Assembly (NCBI GenBank): GCA_035575475.1
Contig: DATLXT010000027.1
Coordinates: forward strand, 1-37,609
Direction of reading: 5' to 3'
Length of the DNA: 37,609 nt
Origin: Gemmatimonadales bacterium
Lineage (GTDB): Bacteria; Gemmatimonadota; Gemmatimonadetes; Gemmatimonadales; GWC2-71-9
Shown one piece after another: positions 11,683-21,921 of this stretch. The notes under the pieces are model-generated. The model searched no databases, was not told the DNA's origin, and worked only from the letters and a program-made list of their open reading frames with translations. Within the stretch, counting starts at the first letter, position 1. Each line of letters starts with the position of its first letter. The translations under genes were made by a program, and so were the position numbers.

Positions 11683-11713
11683 AGGCAGCGGTCGGGGCGC
11701 CGGAACAGCGTTT

Positions 11714-12865
11714 CTACCGCGACGGCACGCCCGGCCGCGAGTAGAGCGCCCGGAAGGGATCCTGGTCCGGCTGGGTGAGCACCCGGATCTGGACAGCGCG
11801 GATGGTCTCGGCGAGGTCCGCGCCGTTCTGGATGAACACCTCCTCGAACAGGTTCAGATTCGACCGGTAGAGCCGCTGGGCGATCACCACCGCATTGTTG
11901 AGCGGCGCGGTGGCGAAGCGGCGCCAGTCGTAGGTCTCGAGCTGCTGCCCGATCGGCCCGGTGAGCTGCGCGCGGGCCCAGCCGAAGAGTTGCTCCCGGG
12001 CCCGCTCCAGCGCGGAACCGGCCGGGCTCTGCGCGTAGGCCGAATCCAGGCGGCGAGCCAGCTCCGCATAAAAGACGTCGAGGGATTGCTCGTCCCGCCA
12101 CCGGGCCGCCGCGCGGCGCGCGTCCGCCGTGTCACCCCGCGAGCGGAAGAACGCCTGGGCACCCCGGTACCCCACGAAGCTCGCAAAGCTCTCGTTGAAC
12201 GGCGTCTGTCCTTTGACGTAGAGCGTGTTGTGCGCCAGCTCGTGCAGTACCGTGGCGACCAGCTCCAGAGTATCCCGCGTCACCGCCGTGGAGAGCAGGG
12301 GATCGCTGAAGTACCCCAGCGTGGAGAACGCCGCCGCGGGCCGGAGATACACATCGTACCCCCGGGCCTCGAGCTCCCGCGCCGCGCGGCGCCCCCGCTC
12401 GGGATCGAAGAATCCCTTGTAGGGAACGGCCCCCACGATCGGGTACCGCCAGGTGTACTCCTGGAGCCGGTCGCGCCGGCTGGCCGTGAGCACCACCAGG
12501 AGCGTGTCGCGCCCCACGTCGGCGTAGGTGGTGTAGGTGTCGCCCACCGCGAGCCGGAGGGAGTCCGCCGCGTAGGCGCGGGCCTCGAGGACCAGGCGGA
12601 GGCGGCGACGCAGCTCCTCGGGGAGGGTGCTGTCGGCCGCCAGCCGGGAGATCGGTTGTCGCCGCAGGAGGATGCGGGCTTCCTCGATCCCGGCCCGGAG
12701 CAGGTAGCGCGCTTCGGCCGAGACCGCGAGCAGGAGGGCGATCAGCACCGGGACCGCCGCCGCGCCCCCGAAGAGCAGGCGGCGCAGCACGCGCCCCCAG
12801 CGGGGCCGCCGCCGCTCGACCAGCCCTTCGGGCCGCGCCCCGAGGCCCGAATCCCCGGAAGTCAC
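11714..12865 (-). CDS. Predicted zinc aminopeptidase (DUF2265-like), membrane-anchored
   Basis: [30 protein letters not shown] (HExxH ... NES) as in the 'predicted aminopeptidase' family. N-terminal TM segment [14 protein letters not shown]. The GTG start lies 1 nt after the upstream stop. Confidence 0.78.
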   Translation of the reverse strand: MTSGDSGLGARPEGLVERRRPRWGRVLRRLLFGGAAAVPVLIALLLAVSAEARYLLRAGIEEARILLRRQPISRLAADSTLPEELRRRLRLVLEARAYAADSLRLAVGDTYTTYADVGRDTLLVVLTASRRDRLQEYTWRYPIVGAVPYKGFFDPERGRRAARELEARGYDVYLRPAAAFSTLGYFSDPLLSTAVTRDTLELVATVLHELAHNTLYVKGQTPFNESFASFVGYRGAQAFFRSRGDTADARRAAARWRDEQSLDVFYAELARRLDSAYAQSPAGSALERAREQLFGWARAQLTGPIGQQLETYDWRRFATAPLNNAVVIAQRLYRSNLNLFEEVFIQNGADLAETIRAVQIRVLTQPDQDPFRALYSRPGVPSR

Positions 12866-12866
12866 G

Positions 12867-14609
12867 TCAGCGGATCCGGACGACGTTCAGGCGGGGCATC
12901 AGATCGGCCGGCAGGAGTCCGCCGTTGGAGTGCCGAAAGGTGAGCAGGAAGCCCGCGCCGCCCGCGGGCTGGAGGGCGCGGTGGTAGACGCCCGAGCCCG
13001 CTCGGAGCGTCCCGGAGAGATCCACGGCCGCGGCCGGGCTCACCGTGGGCACCAGCGGGAACGCTCGCTGGAAGGTGGCCGGCCGCTGGGCGTTGAGGTG
13101 CCGGAAGACCGCCCGCAGGTTCCAGGAGACATACTGGAGCTCGGCGGGGGCCGCGAACCCCGGCACGGTATCCAGATCGTCGAGCAGATTGGCCAGCGCC
13201 CAGCGCGTGACCGGCGTCACCAGCGGCTGGCCGGTGGCGGCCGCCACGTTGGCCTCGCCCGTCTTGTCGGTCTGGACCAGGCGACGGGTGAACGTATCCC
13301 AGTCGCCCTGGGTGGCGCCGCCCGCGAAGTGATCGACCAGGTATCGCACGAAGAGCCAGGCGGAGCCCCGCTCGGCCAGCGACCCGATCCCTTCCCCCGG
13401 CACCAGGAAGTGCGCGCCGGGATCTCTCAGGTACTCGTACGCGTTGAACAGGTTCCCGACCAGGAACCGGCACGGGCTGGTTCCGATGGTGCAGGTTGCC
13501 ACGCTGCTCGCGGGGTCGGTCAGATACGATCGCCCTCCCAGCTCCTCGGCATAGTGCGAGAGCCCCTCGTTGAGCCACAACAGCTCCCCCGATCCGCCCC
13601 GGACCAGCACGTGCTGGTTGTAGCTGATCATGTGCTGGAATTCGTGGACGAAGGTCACGGGCACCAGCGCCTTCACCTGATCCCGGGTGTGCGCGCAGCT
13701 CAGCGTCGCGGCTTCGTCCGCCACGATGGAATAAAAGATCTCCGCGTGATTCACCCGGGAGTCGTTCCGAAACGCCGGATCGATGTCGGCGCCGAGAAAG
13801 AACCCGGCCACGAACCCTTTGTCCTGGCACTCCTGGGCCGTCACCAGCTTGTTCACCACGTTGGTCATGAGCACGATGACGACCGAGTCCTGATTGACGT
13901 CGGACTCGCGCCCGAACGCCGCGGTGTCGATGGGATAGAGCCGGGTGTCGAAGACGGCTCTCAGCTCGTCCAGACCGAGCGAATCGAGTTCGGGCTGGGG
14001 CGCGGCGGTGTCCACGAAGATGGCGATGTGTTGGCCCACCACCCGGGCCTCGGCCCAGACGTCGGTGAACTGGGGCGGGTTGGCGTTCAGCTTGGAGAAC
14101 ACGCTGAACTTGCGCAGCTCGCCGACCACGGGCCTGGCCGGGAAGACCGGCGGCGCCGCCCCCGGGCTCGGGGGAGTGCTGATCGGAGCGAGTCCCGGCC
14201 ACGCCCGGCGCTCCTCACCCAGCCGCAGGAACGCGTGGAACCGCTCCGCCGCCGAGAGGTCGAGCCAGGCCCCGAGCTGAGCCCCGACGGCCGGGGGAGC
14301 CGCCACCGGCTCGGCGGCGCCTCGCAGGGCGAACGTGACCGTCTTGCCAGGCGTGCCCGTGGCGGACTGCGGGACCACCACGAACTCGGCCTCGAGGCCG
14401 CCCGCGTTCGAGGGAAAGACCACGCACCCCGAGTCGGGAGCGGGATCCACGGCGGTGTACTGCCCCACGGCCAGCGACACCGGGGTCGCGCCCGCGGCCC
14501 GGCAGGCGGGGACCGGCCCGGCGCCGTCGCCGCTACACGCCACCCCCGCCGCCCCCGCCGCCAGGAGCAGACACCGCACCGGGTTCCACCGCAACCGATT
14601 CGGGAGCAT
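12867..14609 (-). CDS. Secreted/lipoprotein HExxH metallopeptidase-like protein (gluzincin-type motif, family not assignable by eye)
   Basis: Signal peptide with Cys ([14 protein letters not shown]). [14 protein letters not shown] followed by [14 protein letters not shown] (HExxH plus a downstream Glu). Confidence 0.68.
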   Translation of the reverse strand: MLPNRLRWNPVRCLLLAAGAAGVACSGDGAGPVPACRAAGATPVSLAVGQYTAVDPAPDSGCVVFPSNAGGLEAEFVVVPQSATGTPGKTVTFALRGAAEPVAAPPAVGAQLGAWLDLSAAERFHAFLRLGEERRAWPGLAPISTPPSPGAAPPVFPARPVVGELRKFSVFSKLNANPPQFTDVWAEARVVGQHIAIFVDTAAPQPELDSLGLDELRAVFDTRLYPIDTAAFGRESDVNQDSVVIVLMTNVVNKLVTAQECQDKGFVAGFFLGADIDPAFRNDSRVNHAEIFYSIVADEAATLSCAHTRDQVKALVPVTFVHEFQHMISYNQHVLVRGGSGELLWLNEGLSHYAEELGGRSYLTDPASSVATCTIGTSPCRFLVGNLFNAYEYLRDPGAHFLVPGEGIGSLAERGSAWLFVRYLVDHFAGGATQGDWDTFTRRLVQTDKTGEANVAAATGQPLVTPVTRWALANLLDDLDTVPGFAAPAELQYVSWNLRAVFRHLNAQRPATFQRAFPLVPTVSPAAAVDLSGTLRAGSGVYHRALQPAGGAGFLLTFRHSNGGLLPADLMPRLNVVRIR

Positions 14610-15891
14610 GTCGTCCCTCCTTGATTTCCCCGGCCAGGCCGAGCGCGCGGCGGAACAGGACCGGGCCGACCAGCTCGTGGATACCGATCATGGTGACGAT
14701 GAGGGCCTCGAGCGAGACCCCCCACGCCGGGAAGGCCCGGCGGGTCACCGTGGCCAGGCCTAAGGCCAACCCCGCCTGCGATATAAGCCCGAGCCAGGCG
14801 TGCCGCGCCAGGGCGGGCGTCACAGCGGGGTCTCGCCCCGCCCAGCGGACCCCCGTCCGGAGGGCCCAGGCGCGCAACCCGACGATCACCAGAATCCAGG
14901 GCCACAGCTCGCGCAGGGCTTCGAGGTGGAGCCCCGCGCCGGCCAGCCCGAAGAACACCACGTACACCGGCAACGAGCCCCGCCGCAGCGCCTCGACCAG
15001 CCGCTCGCCCTCCACCGGGGAGACGTTCTCCAGGTAGAAGCCCGCCGCCAGCGCCATGAGCATTCCTTCGAGGCCGAGCAGGCGGGCCACCTCGGCGGTG
15101 AAGAAAGCGAGGGCGACGAGAAAGAGCGGCGTATCCCGCTTCACCAGCCGGAGGTACCGGTCCACCAGAACGCCCAGGGCCACCCCGGCCACGGCCGACA
15201 GGGGAACGTGGAGCAGGGCGCTCCACACGGTCCCCAGGTGGATGGCGCCCGCGCTCACCAGCGGCCGCCCGACCGCCAGGATCACGGTGAGCAGGACGAT
15301 CAGCACCACGTCTCCCACGATGGTCACGCCCAGCACGGCGCGGGCGAAGGGGCCGTGGGCATCGGCCTCCTCGATCACCGCCATGGTGACCGCCGGAGAG
15401 AACGCGGCGGCCACGGTCCCGAGCACCAGGGCCAGCACCACCCGATCTCCGATGCCGAGGCCGCTGGTGAGCGGGAACCAGGGGCTCACCGCCAGGAGGA
15501 CGAGCGCGATGGTGACGATGGGGAAGGCGATGGCTCCCAGGGAGACGCGCGCCAGCGCGCGGCCCTCGCGCCGCAGCGCGGCCCATTTCAGCTCCGCCCC
15601 CGCCGCGAACGCGATCAGCGCCACGGCCGCGTCGCCGATGAAGCGCAGTTCGCCCACCTCTTCCCGCCCCACCAGACCCAGCCAGGAGGGCCCGACCAGG
15701 AACCCGATGACCAGGTATCCGGTGATGCGCGGGAGGTGCGCGCGCTGCGCCAGCTGGCCGCCGATGTGGGCCGCGAGCAGGAGGAAGCCCAGCGCCAGCG
15801 TGGCTCGCGCTTCCAGCGGACCGCCCGCCGTGAGCCGAACAAAAAGGGCCATCATCAGGCCCAGCACCGCGAGACTGGCGACCCAGCGCAT
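14533..15891 (-). CDS. Cation:proton antiporter (CPA family, Na+/H+ or K+/H+ exchanger)
   Basis: About 12 hydrophobic segments. The N-terminal [22 protein letters not shown] is typical of Kef/NhaP-type exchangers. ATG start. The C-terminal tail ends in GGGGGGGGV and overlaps the next gene by 77 nt. Confidence 0.87.
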   Translation of the reverse strand: MRWVASLAVLGLMMALFVRLTAGGPLEARATLALGFLLLAAHIGGQLAQRAHLPRITGYLVIGFLVGPSWLGLVGREEVGELRFIGDAAVALIAFAAGAELKWAALRREGRALARVSLGAIAFPIVTIALVLLAVSPWFPLTSGLGIGDRVVLALVLGTVAAAFSPAVTMAVIEEADAHGPFARAVLGVTIVGDVVLIVLLTVILAVGRPLVSAGAIHLGTVWSALLHVPLSAVAGVALGVLVDRYLRLVKRDTPLFLVALAFFTAEVARLLGLEGMLMALAAGFYLENVSPVEGERLVEALRRGSLPVYVVFFGLAGAGLHLEALRELWPWILVIVGLRAWALRTGVRWAGRDPAVTPALARHAWLGLISQAGLALGLATVTRRAFPAWGVSLEALIVTMIGIHELVGPVLFRRALGLAGEIKEGRHAPESVAVEPGAVSAPGGGGGGGGV

Positions 15892-15898
15892 GGCGTGG

Positions 15899-15928
15899 AA
15901 CTTACGGCGCCGCCCGAGATTTTGACAA
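15899..15928 (-). promoter_or_regulatory. Putative sigma70-type promoter for the antiporter gene (TTGTCA-18 nt-TAAGTT)
   Basis: Minus-strand reading is cattGTCAAA...: -35 TTGTCA (15928-15923), an 18-nt spacer, then -10 TAAGTT (15904-15899). The -10 ends 7 nt before the ATG at 15891, which is leaderless geometry. Confidence 0.4.
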
Positions 15929-15950
15929 TGCGGAACGGGCCGGATATCTT
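15922..15950 (+). promoter_or_regulatory. Putative sigma70-type promoter for hisIE-dnaE-accA-PSP1-metG (TTGACA-17 nt-TATCTT)
   Basis: -35 TTGACA (15922-15927), a 17-nt spacer, then -10 TATCTT (15945-15950). The -10 ends 6 nt before the GTG at 15957. Confidence 0.48.
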
Positions 15951-15956
15951 GCCCCC

Positions 15957-16559
15957 GTGCCCTCTGACAACTGGCTGGACGCGGTGCACTTCGGGGACGA
16001 CGGGCTCGTCCCCGTCGTCGCTCAGAGCGCCCTGTCGGGCGAAGTGCTGATGCTGGCTTACGCCGACCGGGAGGCGCTGGAGCGCACGCGGTCGAGCGGC
16101 GAGGCTCACTATCACAGTCGCACCCGCGGCGCGCTGTGGAAGAAGGGCGAGACCTCGGGCCACACCCAGGCGGTGCGCGACGTGCGGGTGGACTGCGACG
16201 GCGATGCCGTGCTCTACCTGGTGCGGCCGACCGGCCCCGCCTGCCACACGGGAGCCTCGAGCTGTTTCGGCGAGCCCGCGGGGGGAGTGCTGGCGCGACT
16301 GGCGCGGGTGATCGCCGATCGAGCGCGCAGCACCCCGCCCGGCTCCTACACCGCGGGCCTGCTCGCCGACGGGGTCGCGAAGATCGCCCAAAAGGTCGGT
16401 GAGGAAGCGGTCGAGACCGTGGTCGCGGCCACCACCCAGGATGCCGGCCGCCTCGCGGCGGAGGCGGCGGACCTGTTGTACCACCTGCTGGTGCTGCTCC
16501 AGGCCCGGGACCTTCCGCTCGAGCGCGTGCTCGAGGAGCTCGACCGGCGGGCGCGGTAG
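15957..16559 (+). CDS. hisIE: Bifunctional phosphoribosyl-AMP cyclohydrolase / phosphoribosyl-ATP pyrophosphatase HisIE
   Basis: HisI part [54 protein letters not shown]. HisE part [15 protein letters not shown]...[16 protein letters not shown] start. Confidence 0.92.
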   Translation: MPSDNWLDAVHFGDDGLVPVVAQSALSGEVLMLAYADREALERTRSSGEAHYHSRTRGALWKKGETSGHTQAVRDVRVDCDGDAVLYLVRPTGPACHTGASSCFGEPAGGVLARLARVIADRARSTPPGSYTAGLLADGVAKIAQKVGEEAVETVVAATTQDAGRLAAEAADLLYHLLVLLQARDLPLERVLEELDRRAR

Positions 16560-16570
16560 CGGCGACGGCG

Positions 16571-19500
16571 ATGGCCTTCGTTCATCTCCACACCCACAGC
16601 GAATACTCTCTGCTCGACGGCGCCAACCGGATTCCCGACCTGCTGGACCGGGTGGCGGCGCTGGGGATGGACTCGCTGGCCATCACCGACCACGGCAATC
16701 TGCACGGCGCCTGGGCCTTCTACGAGGAAGCCAAGCAGCGCAAGCTCCGCCCCATTCTCGGCTTCGAGGCCTACCTGGCGTTCGGCCCCCGCCACGCCCG
16801 GGAGAAGCCTCCCGAGGCGCCGGCTCCCTACTCCCACCTCGTCCTTCTGGCGCGCAACCGCGCCGGCTACCGGAACCTGGTCAAGCTGTGCTCGATCGGC
16901 TGGCTCGAGGGGTATTACCGGCGGCCCCGCATTGACCGCGAGGTCCTGGCACAGCACGCCGAGGGCCTGATCGCGCTGGCCGCCTGCCTGTCGGGCGAGA
17001 TCGCCCTCTACCTGCGCCAGGGGAACTACGAGGCCGCGCGGGCCAGCGCCCAGTGGTTCGCCCGCACCTTCGGCCCCGACGGCTTCTGGCTCGAGGTGCA
17101 GGACCACGGTCTCGCCGACGAACGGGTGGTGCGCGAGGGGATGTTTCGCCTGGCCGCGGAACTCGGTCTCCCGGTGGTGGCGACCAACGACGCGCATTAT
17201 CTCCGCAAGGAAGACGCCGAGGCGCACGACGTCCTGCTCGCCATCGGCACGGGGAAGGACCTGGACGACCCCCGGCGGTTCCGGTTCTTCGGGCAAGAGA
17301 GCTACGTGAAGTCGGAGCGGGAGATGCACGCGCTGTTCCGCGACCATCCCGAGGTGCTGGCGGAGACGGCGCGGGTGGCGGAGCTGTGCGAGTTCGACTT
17401 CGAGAAGCGGTACTTCCTCCCCCAGTATCCCCGGCCCGCGGAGTTTGCCTCGGACCCCGACCTGCTGGTGCACCTGGCGCGCGAGGGCGCCCGAGCCCGC
17501 TACGGCGACCCCCTCCCCCCGGCGGTGGATGAGCGCCTGCGCTACGAGCTGGACGTCATCTCGCGCACCGGGTACGCCGGGTATTTCCTGATCGTGTACG
17601 ATCTGGTGAAGGCGGCCCGCGACCGCGGGATTCCGGTGGGGCCGGGGCGGGGCTCGGCCGCCGGGTCGCTCGTGGCGTACGCGCTCGGCATCACCAAGGT
17701 CGATCCGCTGCGGTTCGACCTGCTCTTCGAGCGCTTCCTGAACCCCGAGCGGATCTCGATGCCCGACATCGACCTCGACTTCTGCTTCGAGCGGCGGGGC
17801 GAGGTGCTGGAGTACGTCCGCGCCCGCTACGGGCGGGAGTCGGTGGGGCAGATCATCACCTTCGGGACCCTGAAGGCGCGGGCGGCGTTCCGCGACGTGG
17901 CCCGGACGCTGCGGGTCGAGATGGGGGAGGTGGACCGGCTCACCAAGGCCATTCCCTCCGGTCCGGCGCTGTCCTGGACCCTGCCCGAGGCCGCCGAGCG
18001 GGTGCCCGAGCTGCGCCAGGCCATGGAGCAGGACGAGCGCATCCGCAAGGTGGTGGACCTGGGCAGTCGGATCGAGGGCCTGGCGCGGCACGCGTCGGTG
18101 CACGCGGCGGGCGTGGTGATCGCCCCGGGACCGCTGACCGAGTACGTCCCGGTCTGCGTAGCGCCGCAGGATCAGCACACCATCATCACGCAGTACGACA
18201 TGGTGGGCCTGGAGAAGGTCGGGATGCTCAAGATCGACCTCCTCGGGCTCAAGACTCTCACCGTCATCCACGACGCGGTGGCGATGGTGCGCGAGCGGCA
18301 CGGCGTCACGGTGGACGTGGATCACCTCGACCTCGAGGACCCGGAGGTCTATGCGCTGTTGCGGTCCGGGCGGACCGCCGGCGTCTTCCAGTTCGAGTCG
18401 CCGCTCGCCACCGACTGCCTCCGGAACATGAAGTGCGACCGGTTCGACGACCTGGTCGCCACCAACGCCCTGCTCCGCCCCGGCCCGCTGGACACCGGGA
18501 TGCACCTGGTGTTCATCAATCGGAAGCTGGGGCGCGAGCCGGTGCGCTACCCCCACCCCGCGTTGCGCGAGGTGCTCGAGCCGACCTACGGCGTCATCAC
18601 CTACCAGGAACAGGTGATGCGCATCGCCAACATCCTGGCGGGATACTCGCTCGCGGAAGCGGACGTCCTGCGCAAGGCCGTAGGCAAGAAGATCAAAGAA
18701 CTGATCCAGGAGGAGTTGCAGCGCTTCGTGGAGCGGGCGGTGGCCCGGGGGCACGACCGCCGCGTGGTGGAGGACATCGCGGCCCAGATCGAGACCTTCG
18801 GCCGCTACGGGTTCAACAAGTCGCACGCGGTCGCGTATTCCCTGCTCTCCTACCAGACGGCATGGTTCAAGACCCACTACCCGGCCGAGTTCATGGCCGC
18901 CCTGCTGTCCTCGGAGATCGGCAACACCGAGAAGGTGGTCGAGTACATCAACGCGGCCCGGGAGCTGGGCCTCGAGGTGCTGCCGCCCGACGTCAACGAG
19001 TCGAGGTTCAAGTTCACGGTGGTGGGTGATCAGCGGATTCGGTTCGGCCTGGGGGCCGTCAAGAACGTCGGCGCCGGCGCCATCGCCTCCATCATCTCGG
19101 CTCGCGAACAGGGCGGCCGCTACCGGTCGCTGGTGGACCTGTGCGAGCGCATCGACCTGCGGCTCTGCAACAAGCGGGTCCTGGAGTCGTTGATCGACGC
19201 CGGCGCCTGCGATTCCCTGGGCGGGCACCGGGCCCAGCTCCGCGCGGCCCTGGAGGGGGCTTTCGCCGAGGCCCAGGTGCGCCAGCAGGAGCGCGATTCG
19301 GGTCAGGTCGCCCTGTTCGGCGAGGAGGCGCCGCTCCCCCGCCCCGCCGTCGGCCTCCCCGAGGTCGATCCCTGGAGCGAGCAGGAGCGGCTCCAGCGGG
19401 AAAAGGCCGTGCTCGGCTTCTTCATTTCCGGCCACCCCCTCGCCAAGTACCGCGCGGAGGTGGAGCTTTTCGGAACCCGGACGACCGCCACCCTGGGCCG

Positions 19501-20083
19501 CTGGAGCGACCAGAAGGTCGCGCTCGCGGCCGTGGTGACGGTGGTGAAGCGCCAGGTCTCGAAGAAGACCGGCGCCGAATACGCGCGGCTCGTGCTCGAG
19601 GATTTTCACGGCTCGGCGGAGGCGCTGGTGTTCCCCGAAGCCTGGGCGAGGTTGAGTCAGGTAATCCGCCCCGACGCCGCGCTGCTGCTCACCGGGGGGT
19701 ACAGCGCCCGGGATCGCCACGAGGAGCAGGCCCCCTTCATCGTGGAACGGGCCGAACCGCTCGACGATCTCCGAGCCCGGGGCGCCATCGGGGTCGCCCT
19801 GCGGTGGTCGGCCGCCGCCCCTCCCGAGCCCGAGACGGCGCGCGCCGTGGCGGCGCTGTGTGCCGCCCACCCCGGCCCCGCCCCGCTGGTGCTGGAATGG
19901 TCGGAGGAGGAGGAGAACGGGCGGCAGCGGCCGCCCCTGACGGCCCGGTTCCGCAGCCGATCGCTGCGGGTGGACGCGGCCGACGACCTGCTCGCGGCCC
20001 TGCGGGAGCTCCTGGGGCCCGAGCGGGTGCGTCTGGTGCGGGCCGGCGCTGTCGGATCCAACGGCTGGAACGGAGCGACCTGA
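16571..20083 (+). CDS. dnaE: DNA polymerase III alpha subunit
   Basis: 1170 aa. PHP domain [16 protein letters not shown], polymerase core [19 protein letters not shown] and PDIDLDF, and a C-terminal OB-fold region. Confidence 0.97.
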   Translation: MAFVHLHTHSEYSLLDGANRIPDLLDRVAALGMDSLAITDHGNLHGAWAFYEEAKQRKLRPILGFEAYLAFGPRHAREKPPEAPAPYSHLVLLARNRAGYRNLVKLCSIGWLEGYYRRPRIDREVLAQHAEGLIALAACLSGEIALYLRQGNYEAARASAQWFARTFGPDGFWLEVQDHGLADERVVREGMFRLAAELGLPVVATNDAHYLRKEDAEAHDVLLAIGTGKDLDDPRRFRFFGQESYVKSEREMHALFRDHPEVLAETARVAELCEFDFEKRYFLPQYPRPAEFASDPDLLVHLAREGARARYGDPLPPAVDERLRYELDVISRTGYAGYFLIVYDLVKAARDRGIPVGPGRGSAAGSLVAYALGITKVDPLRFDLLFERFLNPERISMPDIDLDFCFERRGEVLEYVRARYGRESVGQIITFGTLKARAAFRDVARTLRVEMGEVDRLTKAIPSGPALSWTLPEAAERVPELRQAMEQDERIRKVVDLGSRIEGLARHASVHAAGVVIAPGPLTEYVPVCVAPQDQHTIITQYDMVGLEKVGMLKIDLLGLKTLTVIHDAVAMVRERHGVTVDVDHLDLEDPEVYALLRSGRTAGVFQFESPLATDCLRNMKCDRFDDLVATNALLRPGPLDTGMHLVFINRKLGREPVRYPHPALREVLEPTYGVITYQEQVMRIANILAGYSLAEADVLRKAVGKKIKELIQEELQRFVERAVARGHDRRVVEDIAAQIETFGRYGFNKSHAVAYSLLSYQTAWFKTHYPAEFMAALLSSEIGNTEKVVEYINAARELGLEVLPPDVNESRFKFTVVGDQRIRFGLGAVKNVGAGAIASIISAREQGGRYRSLVDLCERIDLRLCNKRVLESLIDAGACDSLGGHRAQLRAALEGAFAEAQVRQQERDSGQVALFGEEAPLPRPAVGLPEVDPWSEQERLQREKAVLGFFISGHPLAKYRAEVELFGTRTTATLGRWSDQKVALAAVVTVVKRQVSKKTGAEYARLVLEDFHGSAEALVFPEAWARLSQVIRPDAALLLTGGYSARDRHEEQAPFIVERAEPLDDLRARGAIGVALRWSAAAPPEPETARAVAALCAAHPGPAPLVLEWSEEEENGRQRPPLTARFRSRSLRVDAADDLLAALRELLGPERVRLVRAGAVGSNGWNGAT

Positions 20084-20087
20084 ACGC

Positions 20088-21047
20088 ATGGCCACGCATG
20101 TGCTCGATTTCGAGCGGCCGCTCCTCGAGCTGGAGCGCCAGATCGAGGAGTTGAAGCGGGTGACCGGCGACCGCGCCGCCGGTCTCGGCAAGGAGCTGAA
20201 GCCGCTCGAGGACAAGCTGGCGGACCTGCGGGCGGAGATCTACCGGAACCTCACGCCCATGCAGCGCGTGCAGGTGGCGCGGCACCCGCGGCGTCCCTAC
20301 ACCCTCGACTACATCCGGATGGTGTTCACGGATTTCGTCGAGCTCCACGGCGACCGGCTCTTCCGGGACGACCCCGCGATCGTGGGCGGGTGGGCCCGGC
20401 TCGACGGGGCCAGCGTGATGGTGATCGGCCACCAGAAGGGGCGGGACACCAAGGAGAATCTGCGGCGCAACTTCGGCATGGCGCACCCCGAGGGGTACCG
20501 CAAGGCCCTGCGCCTCATGCGGCTGGCCGAAAAGTTTCGGGCGCCGGTGATCACCCTGGTGGATACGCCCGGGGCCTATCCCGGCCTGGGGGCCGAGGAG
20601 CGGGGCCAGGCGGAGGCCATCGCCCGCAACCTGATCGAGATGGCCCAGCTCCGGACGCCGATCGTGACGGCGGTGATCGGCGAGGGCGGTTCGGGCGGCG
20701 CGCTGGCGGTGGGCGTGGCCGACCGGGTGATCATGCTGGAGAACTCGGTCTATTCCGTCATCTCGCCCGAGGGGTGCGCGGCGATCCTCTGGAAGGACGC
20801 CTCCCAGAAGGAGCGGGCGGCCGAGGCCCTGAAGCTCACCGCCCAGGACCTGCTGGACCTGAAGGTCATCGACGAGATCGTGCCCGAGCCGCTGGGGGGC
20901 GCGCACGCCGATCCCGAGGCTGCGGCCGACGCCCTGGGGAACGCCCTGCGGCGTCATCTTCGGGAGCTGCGGAAGATCCGTACCGTGAAGCTGCTGCGAT
21001 TGCGGGAGCGGAAGTACCTGGCGATGGGCGTGGTACAAGAGCGGTGA
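20088..21047 (+). CDS. accA: Acetyl-CoA carboxylase carboxyltransferase alpha subunit
   Basis: [49 protein letters not shown] and [10 protein letters not shown]. Confidence 0.95.
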   Translation: MATHVLDFERPLLELERQIEELKRVTGDRAAGLGKELKPLEDKLADLRAEIYRNLTPMQRVQVARHPRRPYTLDYIRMVFTDFVELHGDRLFRDDPAIVGGWARLDGASVMVIGHQKGRDTKENLRRNFGMAHPEGYRKALRLMRLAEKFRAPVITLVDTPGAYPGLGAEERGQAEAIARNLIEMAQLRTPIVTAVIGEGGSGGALAVGVADRVIMLENSVYSVISPEGCAAILWKDASQKERAAEALKLTAQDLLDLKVIDEIVPEPLGGAHADPEAAADALGNALRRHLRELRKIRTVKLLRLRERKYLAMGVVQER

Positions 21048-21048
21048 C

Positions 21049-21921
21049 TTGAACCCGATCGTCGAAGTCCGGTTCAAAGGCAACCGGAAAGAATACTTCA
21101 CCTGGACGTCCGCCGACCCGCTCCGCCTCGACGAGGCCGTGATCGTGGAGGTGGAGCGGGGTCAGGATCTGGGGCGGGTGTCGGCTCTGGGAGCGCTGGC
21201 CGCCCGGAAGTGCACTCGCTGCGGGGCGTGCGGGCTCCCGCCGGAGGCCCCCCTTCCCCTCCCTCCCGGCGAGAGTCCCAAACTCCGCCGGATCCTGCGG
21301 CGGGCCACGCGGGAGGAGGTCCGCCAGGCCGAGGAGCTGCGGCGGAGCGAGGACGAGGTGCGGCGCAAGGTCCGCGAGCGGGTGTTCCAGCACGCCCTCC
21401 CGATGAAGGTGTCCGACGCCGAGTGGCAGTGGGACCGGAAGAAGCTGACGGTTTATTTCACCGCGGACCAGCGGGTGGATTTCCGGGCGCTGGTGCGGGA
21501 CCTGGCCGCCCAGTACCGGGCCCGGATCGAGCTGCGCCAGATCAGCGCGCGGGACGAGGCCCGGCGTCTGGACGGCATCGGGCGCTGTGGCCGCCAGCTC
21601 TGCATCTCGAGCTGGCTGCCCGAGGCACGCCCGGTGAGTCTGTCGCTCGCCAAGGACCAGCGCCTCTCGCTCAACCCGGCGCAGATCTCGGGTCCCTGCG
21701 GCCGCTTGCTCTGCTGTCTCCACTACGAGCACCAGTTCTATGTCGAGAGCCGGAAGCGCTTCCCCAAGGAAGGGAAGCTGCTGCGCACGACGGCGGGCTC
21801 GGAGCGGGTGGTGGCGGTGGACATTTTCCGCGATCGGGTGACCCTGCGGCACGAGCCGGAGGGCGCGGTCCGGGTGGTGCCGCTCGAGCGCCTGCAGCGG
21901 GAGATCGAGGCCGGTGCCTAA
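21049..21921 (+). CDS. PSP1 domain protein (YaaT/RicT-like)
   Basis: PSP1 C-terminal domain LTVYFTADQRVDFRALVRDLAAQYRARIELRQISARDEARRLDGIGRCGRQLC ... GPCGRLLCCLHYE. TTG start 1 nt after the accA stop. Confidence 0.85.
   Translation: MNPIVEVRFKGNRKEYFTWTSADPLRLDEAVIVEVERGQDLGRVSALGALAARKCTRCGACGLPPEAPLPLPPGESPKLRRILRRATREEVRQAEELRRSEDEVRRKVRERVFQHALPMKVSDAEWQWDRKKLTVYFTADQRVDFRALVRDLAAQYRARIELRQISARDEARRLDGIGRCGRQLCISSWLPEARPVSLSLAKDQRLSLNPAQISGPCGRLLCCLHYEHQFYVESRKRFPKEGKLLRTTAGSERVVAVDIFRDRVTLRHEPEGAVRVVPLERLQREIEAGA

Noticed and set aside
16346-20215. A 1289-aa ORF antisense to dnaE. Similar very long antisense or off-frame ORFs occur elsewhere: 25877-29197 (+) and 30905-33097 / 33179-35362 (+) opposite the SusC/SusD genes, and 5941-7419 (-) opposite lpdA.
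   Set aside because: Their translations are Arg/Gly/Pro/Ala-rich low-complexity strings with no recognisable motifs. The opposite strand encodes unmistakable conserved proteins. Long stop-free antisense frames are expected at about 70% GC.
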